DNA of 64,000 nucleotides from a virus (taxonomy: Duplodnaviria > Caudoviricetes). The notes under the pieces were generated by a model. The model had not been told where the DNA came from. It saw only the letters and a program-made list of their open reading frames with translations, and made no database searches. Below, piece by piece: positions 36,230 through 44,934 of this stretch; positions within the stretch are counted from its first letter, which is position 1, and each line of letters begins with the position of its first letter. Made by a program: the position numbers and the translations under genes. The stretch is taken from the IMG/VR virus record IMGVR_UViG_2885028616_000003, positions 1-64,000 of that record, one strand, 5' to 3'.

Positions 36230-36373
36230 CGCAAGGTGGCGAGGGTGCGGCTGAGCTGGGCTAGTGGCGCGAGTGTGTCCATGCGGGGGACGGTAGGTGC
36301 GGCGCTGGCGGTGGCGTGGCCGAGCGGGATTCTGTGGATAACCAGGGGATCTTGGCAGGATGCGGACAGCCTC

Positions 36374-36401
36374 TAGACCTTACAGCGCAACGCTGTATAG
36401 T
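36374..36401 (+). promoter_or_regulatory. Promoter with palindromic operator
   Basis: TAGACC-N16-TATAGT enclosing TACAGCG-CAA-CGCTGTA. Confidence 0.7.
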
Positions 36402-36434
36402 TGAGGGTGTCAGCAGGACACAGGGGAGGCCGAG

Positions 36435-36989
36435 ATGGACACCACCACCGCCGCGCAGCAGGCAGGCGTCACCGTCGCCACCATCCGCACTTGGTGCCGA
36501 CGCAACGTCATCGCCGCCATCAAGCGCGCCGGCCGGTGGACCATCGACGCCGCCTCCCTCATCCGCCGCATTGAGATTGGCAGGAAGGGCGCCATGGAAG
36601 CCCCGATCCACCTGAGCAGCAAGCGAGTCCCCGGCATGCTCGTCGCTGTCGGCTCCGCCTCCACCCTGGCCTCCGCCTACAGCAACGGCACGCCCGTCAC
36701 CCTCGCCGGGAAGTTCGCCGGTGAGCGCGTCTACCTCGGCCACACCCGGCAGACCTGGGACGACGGTGTCACCGTCGAGACCCTCGGCCGGGCGGGCGAG
36801 ACCTGGACGCACGAGGGCATGCAGATCGCCGCCTACCACCTCGACCTCACCCGGCTCCAGGAGGCGCCCCGCCTCGCGGAGCTGGTCCGCCAGGTCGAGA
36901 ACCGCCGGATCCAGCGTGCGATGGACGTCGAGGCCCGCGCCGCCGCCAAGGAGCACGAGCTTGAGCACGGCAGCGAGGACGGTGCTTGA
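36435..36989 (+). CDS. N-terminal HTH_17/MerR-like protein
   Basis: TTTAAQQAGVTVATIRTWCR..VIAA.K..GRW.ID. Confidence 0.8.
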   Translation: MDTTTAAQQAGVTVATIRTWCRRNVIAAIKRAGRWTIDAASLIRRIEIGRKGAMEAPIHLSSKRVPGMLVAVGSASTLASAYSNGTPVTLAGKFAGERVYLGHTRQTWDDGVTVETLGRAGETWTHEGMQIAAYHLDLTRLQEAPRLAELVRQVENRRIQRAMDVEARAAAKEHELEHGSEDGA

Positions 36990-37585
36990 TGACACTGCAC
37001 CTGTACCTGAGGGACGGCGCCCGTCAACCCGACGTCATCGATTCCGACCGTCTCAGTCCCCGGGCGCGTGCTCTGGCGGAGGCGATCGCGTCGGGCCCGG
37101 CCAGCGACACCGGCAAAGGGGTGATCACGTGCATGCGCCGTGACGCCCTGGAGGGGATGACCGTCGCCCAGGCGGCTAAGGCGATCATGGATGATGACCT
37201 GTCCCCGCAGTCGCTGGCGTCAGTGGGCTGGCGGTCATGGTCGCGGTATCCGGCCGCCTCGGCGATGGATCCGCACGAGTACCTGGAGATCCAGGCCCGG
37301 CGGATCCCCGGAGACTGGGTGATCATCGGGCATGCGTACGCGCCAGGACCGCAAGCGCAGGCGGCCGTGGCTGATCAGGGGATCACGGCGTCGGAGGTAC
37401 TGGAGACACTGCGGCGGCTGGGCCGTCCCGTGGCGCCAGGGACATGGCGGTCCTACGTCGCGCGGGGGCAAGCGCCTCGCCCGGTACGGCACGTCGGGAC
37501 CACTCCGCTGTGGGAACGGCAGGCCGTGGTCGACTGGGCACAAGCACCGCGCCGCCCTGGGACCCGCACCGACCTGACCCGCTGA
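36989..37585 (+). CDS. Protein with C-terminal AlpA/Xis-like HTH
   Basis: GTWRSYVARGQAP.P....G.TPLW...V..W..R.PG.RTDL. Confidence 0.75.
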   Translation: MTLHLYLRDGARQPDVIDSDRLSPRARALAEAIASGPASDTGKGVITCMRRDALEGMTVAQAAKAIMDDDLSPQSLASVGWRSWSRYPAASAMDPHEYLEIQARRIPGDWVIIGHAYAPGPQAQAAVADQGITASEVLETLRRLGRPVAPGTWRSYVARGQAPRPVRHVGTTPLWERQAVVDWAQAPRRPGTRTDLTR

Positions 37586-37604
37586 CCTCAGGCACGACGA
37601 AGAG

Positions 37605-37648
37605 CGCCCCGCTCCCCCGGCCGCCGAAGCGGTCGAGAGAGCGGGGCG
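37605..37648. terminator. Terminator at end of late operon
   Basis: CGCCCCGCTC...GAGCGGGGCG stem between convergent genes. Confidence 0.7.
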
Positions 37649-37689
37649 GTTCCTCGCGTCGGGCTTCGCTGCCCGGCGAACAGTTCAGA

Positions 37690-37953
37690 TCAGGGCTGCA
37701 CCTTCGGATACGTCGCCGGCGCGCGGCGCAGCCCGAGAGCCACCAGGAACCGGCCCGCCTGCGGGTAGCGCTCCTCGATCGCGCGAGCCGCAGCGTAGTA
37801 GGCGCCGATCACCACAGCGGCAGAGCCGAGCTTCAGCATGGTGCTGGCGTCCTCGTCGACGATCACACCGAAGTGGACGGCGAGCCACGCCAGGGCGGCC
37901 CCGATCCCAGTCGAGACCCACGTCCTGATCAGGGACACGGCGTAGTCGGACAT
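37690..37953 (-). CDS. Putative holin
   Basis: SLIRTWV..IGAALAWL...YYA.AR.IE..P; two TM; after endolysin. Confidence 0.75.
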   Translation of the reverse strand: MSDYAVSLIRTWVSTGIGAALAWLAVHFGVIVDEDASTMLKLGSAAVVIGAYYAAARAIEERYPQAGRFLVALGLRRAPATYPKVQP

Positions 37954-37996
37954 TGCGACCCCCTTCAGGCCATGGACGGCGCACGCCGCCCCATGT

Positions 37997-38170
37997 TCAT
38001 TCGCTGGCGACGGCGTCCGCGACGGCACGTGCGGCTGCGCGCCAGGCGTTCTGGATGCGGTCGCCCAGGTCCTCCCAGGCGGGCATCGGCTCGCCGCGGA
38101 AGTTCTTGCGGTCGGTGGTCTCGCCGTACGCGGCGTACGCGGCCTCGGCGAGCTGGTCGATGTCAGGCAC
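37997..38170 (-). CDS. Small phage protein (not in ORF track)
   Basis: PDIDQLAEAAYAAYGETTDRKNFRGEPMPAWEDL...IQNAWRAAA; RBS AGGAG. Confidence 0.7.
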   Translation of the reverse strand: MPDIDQLAEAAYAAYGETTDRKNFRGEPMPAWEDLGDRIQNAWRAAARAVADAVASE

Positions 38171-38268
38171 AGGTCTCCTCCGGACAGGTTGCAGAGGGGC
38201 CGGAAAATATGACGGAGAATATGCCGACGCAGGTCAGGGAGCCCTCGGCTGCCCGGTGTTGGCGCCGG

Positions 38269-39006
38269 TCAGTGGACGCGCAGCAGGACCGGCCAGGTCT
38301 GCCGCCCGACGATCCCGTCGTCGTCGACACCGCCCCACCGTTGCACGGCCCTCACTGCCGCCTCAGTCTTGGCGTCGAACGTGCCCGTCATGCGCACCTC
38401 GGGGTGGCTGCGCGCGAGCAGCAGCCCCTGCAGCGACTCGACGTGCTCGCCGGTGTCGCCTCGGCTGAGCTCGGGGAGTTTCTTCATCATGACCTCCTGC
38501 CAGGTCTCTGCGGACGGAGCCGACGACGGGCTGCCGCCGCTGGGGTAGGCCGGGCGGCCGAGCCCGGCGATGACGCCGGCGTCGCGGACGCGGCGGCGCA
38601 CGGAGTCGCTGGTGTTGCCCTCGATCGTCTGAACCCGGCCGCCGCCGAGCACGGCCTCGACCAGGCCGACGTGGTCGATCGCGCCGATGCCGTCGGTGCC
38701 GCCCCAGTCGAAGAACACAATGTCGCCCGGCTTGGCGGCGTTGACGTTCGCGGTCGTCCCGGCGTGCCAGCGTCCGGCCTTCTGGAAGTCCTGCGCGTGC
38801 CACACCGTGTAGGCGCGGTCACCGCCCGGCAGCACCGCGCTGGTGTTCCCGCTGTGCCGCGCCCAGTAGGTGATGGCCATGTCGCACCAGGACGCGCGGA
38901 GGAACTCGTCGCCTTCCCGGGTCGCGTACTCCCTCGTGATCGCGTTCGGGCGCCCGGACATGCCCAGCGTCTTGCGGGCCTCGGCGATCATGCGCGCGGC
39001 GGTCAT
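38269..39006 (-). CDS. Endolysin: CHAP plus peptidoglycan-binding domain
   Basis: WCD, PGDIVFFDW, HVGLVE, IEGNT; PG_binding_1 DGIVGRQTW. Confidence 0.92.
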   Translation of the reverse strand: MTAARMIAEARKTLGMSGRPNAITREYATREGDEFLRASWCDMAITYWARHSGNTSAVLPGGDRAYTVWHAQDFQKAGRWHAGTTANVNAAKPGDIVFFDWGGTDGIGAIDHVGLVEAVLGGGRVQTIEGNTSDSVRRRVRDAGVIAGLGRPAYPSGGSPSSAPSAETWQEVMMKKLPELSRGDTGEHVESLQGLLLARSHPEVRMTGTFDAKTEAAVRAVQRWGGVDDDGIVGRQTWPVLLRVH

Positions 39007-39146
39007 GCCGGGCCTTCCTCGTCGGCCTTGTCCTCGCCGCGGAAGACGCCGTCGGCGTCGGGCGGGCCGTACAGGTCTTTCAGCACGGCCTCCTCATCCC
39101 CCTCGGTCGGCCCCGCTTCCGGGTCCGGGATCTCCGTACGTGCCAT
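39003..39146 (-). CDS. Small acidic protein
   Basis: RBS AAGGAG; LYGPPDADGVFRG; coupled to endolysin. Confidence 0.6.
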   Translation of the reverse strand: MARTEIPDPEAGPTEGDEEAVLKDLYGPPDADGVFRGEDKADEEGPA

Positions 39147-39175
39147 GGGTGGCTCCTTCCTTGCAGGAAGCGGCA

Positions 39176-39508
39176 TCAGCGCTTCCTCGCCTCGTCGCGG
39201 CGGAACGCGGGCCTGATCTGGCGGCGCCACAGCAGCCCGACGCGCCACACCATCAGGACAGCGACCACGCTGTAGACCGCCGTGCGGCCGACCTCGTCAC
39301 CGGCGGTGGGCGGCGGCGCCGCGAAGATCGACCGGTAGGCCAGCCAGGACAGAATGAGCGCGAGACCGCCGGTGAACGACATCAGGTGCCGGCCCTCGCC
39401 GGACCGCCACCACGGCGCGGTCAGGTGGTACAGGCCGCAGAACGCAACCGCGCTGGCCAGCGCCAGCCACAGCGCGATGGTCCCGGCCAGGTGCACTTCA
39501 TGGATCAA
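39176..39508 (-). CDS. Putative holin (three TM)
   Basis: YH..APWWRS..GRHLM motif. Confidence 0.75.
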   Translation of the reverse strand: MIHEVHLAGTIALWLALASAVAFCGLYHLTAPWWRSGEGRHLMSFTGGLALILSWLAYRSIFAAPPPTAGDEVGRTAVYSVVAVLMVWRVGLLWRRQIRPAFRRDEARKR

Positions 39509-39708
39509 CGCCCCTCCTTCAACGCGCGCTCGATGGCCTCAGCGAGGTGGTTACGTTCGCGCATGGCGCGGATCCGTTCGGCGAGGCGGTGACCGGCCTC
39601 ATCTCGGCGACGACTCTCAGCGAGCCGCTCTGACGCACGCTCCAACGCCTCATCGGCGCGGGCCTGCTCGCCATCGTCCGGATGCTCGTGCTTCCACGGC
39701 CACCTCAT
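39505..39708 (-). CDS. Lysis-cassette small protein
   Basis: MRWPW...RERNHLAEAI. Confidence 0.7.
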   Translation of the reverse strand: MRWPWKHEHPDDGEQARADEALERASERLAESRRRDEAGHRLAERIRAMRERNHLAEAIERALKEGR

Positions 39709-39992
39709 CGGCGAGCCCTCTCGATCAGCGACGACAGCAGCTGCGTGTGGAGTTCCGCGGCCTCGGTAAGCGAGTCGAGGCGTCCTTCGAACGCGTCGAT
39801 GCGTTCTTCGGACTTGTGGCACGAGGCCTCCCACTTGTCGGCCCGGCGCTCTTCGCGTTCCAGAACGCTGCGCGGCACCAGGTCGCCTCTGACGATCGCG
39901 CGGACGACCAGACCCACAGCGCCGAGCAGGAGAAGGACCACTCCGCCGGCGACGAGGGTCTGCCATGGGATCTGCGCCAGGGCCGCGGTCAA
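39705..39992 (-). CDS. Membrane/coiled-coil lysis-cassette protein
   Basis: TM followed by RGDLVPRS...RADKW. Confidence 0.7.
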   Translation of the reverse strand: MTAALAQIPWQTLVAGGVVLLLLGAVGLVVRAIVRGDLVPRSVLEREERRADKWEASCHKSEERIDAFEGRLDSLTEAAELHTQLLSSLIERARR

Positions 39993-40909
39993 GTTGCCTC
40001 CGGGGTTTGGATCGTGGCGTCCCAGACGTTGCCGTCGCGCGCGGCCTTGATCCCCGAGTACGGGGGCTGGCCGCTCTTGGCGGGGGCCTTCAGCTTCACC
40101 TGGGAGATGCGGACCTCGCCGATGACCGCCTGCGGGACCGTGAGCTTCACCTGGGCGATGTGCAGCAGGGGCGCGTCGCCGGGGTTCGGGGCGAGGAGTT
40201 TGACCTGGGAGATCCGCAGCTCGGGTGGATCTGCTGGCGTGTACTTGTAGGTCGCGACGGCCGCGGTGTACGTGCTGGAGGACGACAGGGTGAGGGTCCC
40301 CTGCTGCGCGCCGGTCGCGTTGACGTACTGCCAGGCGACCTGGAGCGCGCGGTCGCTGGAGCCCGCGGAGGTCTCGACCTTCGCGCCGCCCGTCCACCCG
40401 GCCGGGATCGTCACGGTCCGGCCGCTGCCGAACCCGTAGATGGCGTAGACGAGTTCGTGCGCCTGCGCGGTGGTGGCGGTCGACCCCGTCGACAGCGAGG
40501 TCCCGGACGGTGCGGTGTTCCCGGTCGTCTGGGTCTGGTCCAGCGGCGAGGTGTCGACGTCATCGAACGCGTCGGCTTGCAGGCACCACCGTGAGCGGGT
40601 GCCGCCGGACACCGTGACCGTGATGGTGTCGCCAACCTGCAAGGCCGTCGTGAGTCTCGCACGCAACACCGCACCGGCGACCGTTGAGTTGGAGGTACCG
40701 CCGGCCGTCACATCTGGTGTCGTGCTCCAGGTGTTACTGCGCGAGTCGGCGACTGCGGAGATGGTCGCCACGCCGGTCCCACCGCCAGCCTCCCAGATGA
40801 TGCCGACCAGAACGGTCGACCCGACAGCGGCGCCGGCCGTCAGCGTGATCGCGACGCTCGAGGCTGCCGAGGACTGCGTCTTGGTGCCCAGGACACCCAG
40901 GTGCGCCAT
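39989..40909 (-). CDS. Minor tail/fibre protein
   Basis: Beta-rich S/T/A domain; three C-terminal I(S/A)QVKL repeats. Confidence 0.65.
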   Translation of the reverse strand: MAHLGVLGTKTQSSAASSVAITLTAGAAVGSTVLVGIIWEAGGGTGVATISAVADSRSNTWSTTPDVTAGGTSNSTVAGAVLRARLTTALQVGDTITVTVSGGTRSRWCLQADAFDDVDTSPLDQTQTTGNTAPSGTSLSTGSTATTAQAHELVYAIYGFGSGRTVTIPAGWTGGAKVETSAGSSDRALQVAWQYVNATGAQQGTLTLSSSSTYTAAVATYKYTPADPPELRISQVKLLAPNPGDAPLLHIAQVKLTVPQAVIGEVRISQVKLKAPAKSGQPPYSGIKAARDGNVWDATIQTPEAT

Positions 40910-40921
40910 GTCCGCGCCCCG

Positions 40922-41971
40922 TCAGCTCAGGTCCGCGGCGAAGGTGAGCCGCAGCGCCGAGTAGTCGCTGATCGCGTTCGCCTCGCCGCTGCTGAGGGTG
41001 TGGGTGTAGGTCGCGAACGAGCCGGTCACGGCCTGCGTCCACGTGGCGATCGTCGTGGGGCCCTGCTTCAGGGTGACGATGACGTTCCCGGCCGACGCGC
41101 CTGCGGCATAGCAGCCTCGGAACTCGACCGTGTGACCGGACCCCGAGTTCGGGTCGATCAGCGCGGCCATGCCGACCTGGATGAACCCGCCGTCTGCGAG
41201 TTGGACGTAGCTGGTGTCAACGTTGGCTGCGAGGTTGGCGTACGGCCCGGAGCCGCCGCCCGGTGCAGGGACGCCCACCGCGCCGTCCGAGTCGATGTCG
41301 CTGACGGGGCGGGACACCTGCGTGGTCGAGATCGGCGTGAGGCCGATGGTGAACATCGCTGCCTTGCCGGACGCGGCGCCGGCGACGAGGGACTCTCCGC
41401 CGTAGGAGCCGAGGGTGGCCGCCGCCTTGTCCTGCACGGTCGCGGTCACGTGCCCGGACAGGTTGGTGTTGTCGAGGCTGTCTTGCCGCTTGGTGTAGCC
41501 ACTCACCGTGCCCCAGCTCTGTGTGGCGGAGTCGGACTGGACGGCGGCGATGATGATGCGGGCGTTGTCGACGGTGGTGGTCGCGGTCGGTGTGGTGTGT
41601 GACGCGGTCGCGATCGTCTCGGACGCCGCGGCGGCGACGTTGATGGGGCTGACGGGGTCCGTCCCGCTGTACGCGGCGATGATCGCGCAGGACTTGCCGG
41701 TGCCGGGGGTGATGAGGGTGACGGTGGCGCCTGGGTCGCCGGACTGCGCGACGCGGTAGTACGCCGCGGCGAAGAGGTTCGAGGGGACGCGGCGTGTGTC
41801 GATCGCGGTCCACCCGGCCGGGGTGGGCCAGTCGTTGCCCGAGACCCCGGCGTCGTTGAGGCCGCCGATGAGCAGCAGGCAGTCACCGGCCTGGACCCCG
41901 GAGGGGATGGTGATGCCGAGGGACCCGGTGGTCAGGTGCGCCTCAGCGCTGGCCCGGAACGCGATGGCCAA
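40922..41971 (-). CDS. Minor tail/fibre protein
   Basis: ITIPSGVQAGD.LL...PAGWT beta-rich domain. Confidence 0.65.
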   Translation of the reverse strand: MAIAFRASAEAHLTTGSLGITIPSGVQAGDCLLLIGGLNDAGVSGNDWPTPAGWTAIDTRRVPSNLFAAAYYRVAQSGDPGATVTLITPGTGKSCAIIAAYSGTDPVSPINVAAAASETIATASHTTPTATTTVDNARIIIAAVQSDSATQSWGTVSGYTKRQDSLDNTNLSGHVTATVQDKAAATLGSYGGESLVAGAASGKAAMFTIGLTPISTTQVSRPVSDIDSDGAVGVPAPGGGSGPYANLAANVDTSYVQLADGGFIQVGMAALIDPNSGSGHTVEFRGCYAAGASAGNVIVTLKQGPTTIATWTQAVTGSFATYTHTLSSGEANAISDYSALRLTFAADLS

Positions 41972-42012
41972 GACGACCCCTTTCAGGCAGGGCGGCGCGC
42001 GACAATGGCGCC

Positions 42013-42438
42013 ATGGACGGGACCGAGGAGTTCCTGCAGCGCGCACGGCGCGAGGTACTCGGGGAGCAGTTGCGGCTGTTCGAAGAGCGATGGCGGCGGT
42101 CAAGCGGGGCAGTGATGCGGGACCTGGGCGCTATGCGCTGCCCTGCCTGTCAGGCGCCGCTCCGGCGAATTCACGGGACGCCTCAGTCCCAGACCCCAGG
42201 CGCATCCGAACCCGGCGACGAGTGGTGCCGCTGTCCGGAGTGCGACGTGTACTGGCGACTCGTCTTGCCGTCCGGGTGGGAGTGGTATCTGGTAGCCGAC
42301 AACCATCCCTGGCACGACGTTCTGGCTGCCAGGGCCAGAGCACGAGAAGCCGCCGACGAAGCGGCTGAGGTCTCGCGGATGGAGAGCGTGCTGTCTGACC
42401 GCTGTCGTGAAGCGACTCAGAGCACGAACTTGGTGTAG
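42013..42438 (+). CDS. Antisense Zn-ribbon protein within tail module
   Basis: CPAC...CPEC; fills gap; GACAAT 6 nt before ATG. Confidence 0.55.
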   Translation: MDGTEEFLQRARREVLGEQLRLFEERWRRSSGAVMRDLGAMRCPACQAPLRRIHGTPQSQTPGASEPGDEWCRCPECDVYWRLVLPSGWEWYLVADNHPWHDVLAARARAREAADEAAEVSRMESVLSDRCREATQSTNLV

Positions 42439-43406
42439 TCGCTGTAGTGCGCCGCGCTCGCGGCCTTCGCCGCCGAGATCCACGCCGACACGTTCCCCGG
42501 CGTCGGATTCGAGATGGGGCCAGCCGTGTCGAACCAGCACGCGAACGCGCACCGGGTGTGGCTACCGCCGCCCGCCGTGGTGGTCAGGTACGCGACCTGC
42601 GCGTTAAGCCAGCTGACGTCCTGCGGGCCGGTGTTGCCGTAGCCGATCTCCGGAACGGCCCACGCGATCCCCTTCGAGCGGGCGAAGTCCACGGCCGGAC
42701 CCCACAGCGACGCGCCACTGCCGACGTGGCTGTAACCGTCCACGCCGAAGCAATCCACGAGGCCATCACCGGGCCAGGTGTCGGCATACGTGGTGCCTGC
42801 CTTCGGGTTCGTCCCGGACCAGGTGGTGAGGATCTGGATCGTGTAGAGATGGCTCCAGCCCTCGGACTGGACCTGCCTGACGAGCTGGCAGAACCGGCGG
42901 AGCGCCGCCTTGTAGGTGTTCAGCGAGAACGCCCCGTCACGGATCTTGCCGTCGCCCTCATGCCACACACTGACGAACGCCACGTGGCTCTTGGGGATGC
43001 TGCGCAAGAACGTCAGCGTCTGCGCGTCCAGGCTCCCGGCCGCCATGGCGTTGATGTCCGGCTTCCCCGACCAGCAGCTGGCGCGCAGCCCCACGTCCAC
43101 CCCGCCGTTGCACGCCGCCCACGACGCGGGCATCCCGGCGGCGGCGGGCTGGTAGCTGCGCCGGATCGTCAGCGGACCGTACGCGGTGTCCTTCGCCCCG
43201 AAGTCCGACCCCGACAGCGACTGCGGGCAGGTCCCCCACAAGATCGCGTTACGGTTCCCCACCACCGGACCGCCATCCCCAGGGCCTCCGGTCCCAGGAC
43301 TGCCATCACCGGGTGAGCCGGGCGACCCAGGGATGATGACGCCGGCGTCGCCGTTGAGCGGGAGGAGCCGCTGCTGGGAGGCGACGTAGACCTTCGCGTA
43401 CCTCAC
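42417..43406 (-). CDS. Tail protein with GH26-like glycoside hydrolase domain
   Basis: WHEGD, WPGD..VD..GVDGY, AVPEIG; collagen-like G/P linker. Confidence 0.7.
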   Translation of the reverse strand: MRYAKVYVASQQRLLPLNGDAGVIIPGSPGSPGDGSPGTGGPGDGGPVVGNRNAILWGTCPQSLSGSDFGAKDTAYGPLTIRRSYQPAAAGMPASWAACNGGVDVGLRASCWSGKPDINAMAAGSLDAQTLTFLRSIPKSHVAFVSVWHEGDGKIRDGAFSLNTYKAALRRFCQLVRQVQSEGWSHLYTIQILTTWSGTNPKAGTTYADTWPGDGLVDCFGVDGYSHVGSGASLWGPAVDFARSKGIAWAVPEIGYGNTGPQDVSWLNAQVAYLTTTAGGGSHTRCAFACWFDTAGPISNPTPGNVSAWISAAKAASAAHYSDYTKFVL

Positions 43407-43408
43407 CC

Positions 43409-43945
43409 TCAGCCTCCCGGCGTCGGGTTGATCCAGTAGTCCCCCGGGGGGATGAGCGCCGGAGCCGTCGGCCCGAACCACACATAGACGCGGCTGTCGT
43501 CCGGTCGGGCGGGCCAGGAGGAGGTGTCGGTGTTGTAGACGACCGCGCCCACCGAGTTGGACAGCAGGTCGATGGTGGCCTGCTGGGTCGCGACGGTCGC
43601 GGACAGGTCGGTGAGGACGTCCCCGACATCGGTCGCGATCATCTTGTAGCGGGCGCCTCCACCGGCGTCCGCCCACAGCGCGAACACACCATCAGGGCCC
43701 TGGAACTCGGGGATGGCGCCGACGGTGAACCCGCCGACGCCTGCCGAGGACACGACCTGGGTGATGGGGGCGCCGGCGGAGTCGAGGAGGTCGGTGTACT
43801 GCGTCCCGCCGGTTTTTGCCGACCAGAGCGTGATGGTGGCGGGCCCGGTCGCCAGCACTGACGCGGTGGTGACGTCATCGGTGGTGGTGGGCGCGTCGGT
43901 GTCCATCGTCCAGTCGCTCAAGGACTGTCCGAACCAGTGCCGCAT
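43409..43945 (-). CDS. Minor tail protein
   Basis: RH.FG...TGGTQYTDL...IPEFQGPDG...WADAG. Confidence 0.75.
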   Translation of the reverse strand: MRHWFGQSLSDWTMDTDAPTTTDDVTTASVLATGPATITLWSAKTGGTQYTDLLDSAGAPITQVVSSAGVGGFTVGAIPEFQGPDGVFALWADAGGGARYKMIATDVGDVLTDLSATVATQQATIDLLSNSVGAVVYNTDTSSWPARPDDSRVYVWFGPTAPALIPPGDYWINPTPGG

Positions 43946-44886
43946 CAGGCCGCCCCCACCCACGACGTGGAGAACCCGAGCAGGGTCCCGCCGCTGCTGG
44001 GGATGGAGGCCCCGGCGGTGAACCAGATCTGCCCCGCACGGCTGTCACCGCTCGGGTAGATGGTGAGGCGTCTCAGGTCGGCGCCGGACCCGCCGGTGTA
44101 GGCGTACACCGCCTCGATGGGGACGAAGTCGGCCGGGATCGTCCCAGGGAGGCGCACGTCCGGGGACACGGCGCCGCCGGTACGGGTCAGTGACCCGTAC
44201 CGGCACGTCACCATGTCGCCGCGGCGCCGCACGACTGTGGACGCCGCACCGGAGGTCGACCAGCCCGACCCGGAGATGGTGAGGACCTGGTCCAGGGGTG
44301 GCTGGTAGATGGTGCGCCACACCGACCCGTCGGCGAACAGGACCTTGCCGGTGTCACGTTCGAACCCGACCCGCCGCAGCGTCGCGGCCGGCCGGGCTCC
44401 GGAGCGGAACTCCACCGGCGGCGCCGCGGCGAACACCCGCTCATCGGTCAGGCCCGACAGGGAACCGTTCGACGCCGCCGTCCACCGCGCGATCGGGATG
44501 TCGTAGTTCCCTCCGCCGGTCTGCGACAGCGCGGGGATCGCCGGGGACGTCGCAGGCGTGCCCTTGATCACCACGGGTTTGATCCAGTTCGCGGCCGCGC
44601 TCGCGGTCCGGTCCAGCCGCAACGCGAGCCGGTCGATGCGGTTCTGCGCGTCGGCCGCCGGGATCGAGGTGGCGGTCGTGGAGGGGTTGTCGACGTGGAA
44701 CCCGCGGATCTGCGCGGCCCCAGTGCCCAGGACCGCAGTGCGGGCACCGGTGTTCAGGGTGGCGGCGAGCTCGTTGAGGACGCCGGGGATCACCCCGTCG
44801 GCGGAGAAGCCGGTGAAGAACTTCTCCCACTGCGCCATCGTCGACAGCGTCGAGTCCGACGTCGGGAAGGCAGCGTCGATCGCCAA
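43945..44886 (-). CDS. Minor tail/baseplate protein
   Basis: G.AQIRG, NRIDRLALRLD, YDIPIA, LTDER. Confidence 0.75.
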   Translation of the reverse strand: MAIDAAFPTSDSTLSTMAQWEKFFTGFSADGVIPGVLNELAATLNTGARTAVLGTGAAQIRGFHVDNPSTTATSIPAADAQNRIDRLALRLDRTASAAANWIKPVVIKGTPATSPAIPALSQTGGGNYDIPIARWTAASNGSLSGLTDERVFAAAPPVEFRSGARPAATLRRVGFERDTGKVLFADGSVWRTIYQPPLDQVLTISGSGWSTSGAASTVVRRRGDMVTCRYGSLTRTGGAVSPDVRLPGTIPADFVPIEAVYAYTGGSGADLRRLTIYPSGDSRAGQIWFTAGASIPSSGGTLLGFSTSWVGAA

Positions 44887-44934
44887 GACGGCCCCTCTCA
44901 AGGTGGTGGTGGGCTGCGCCCGCACGGCGATGGG

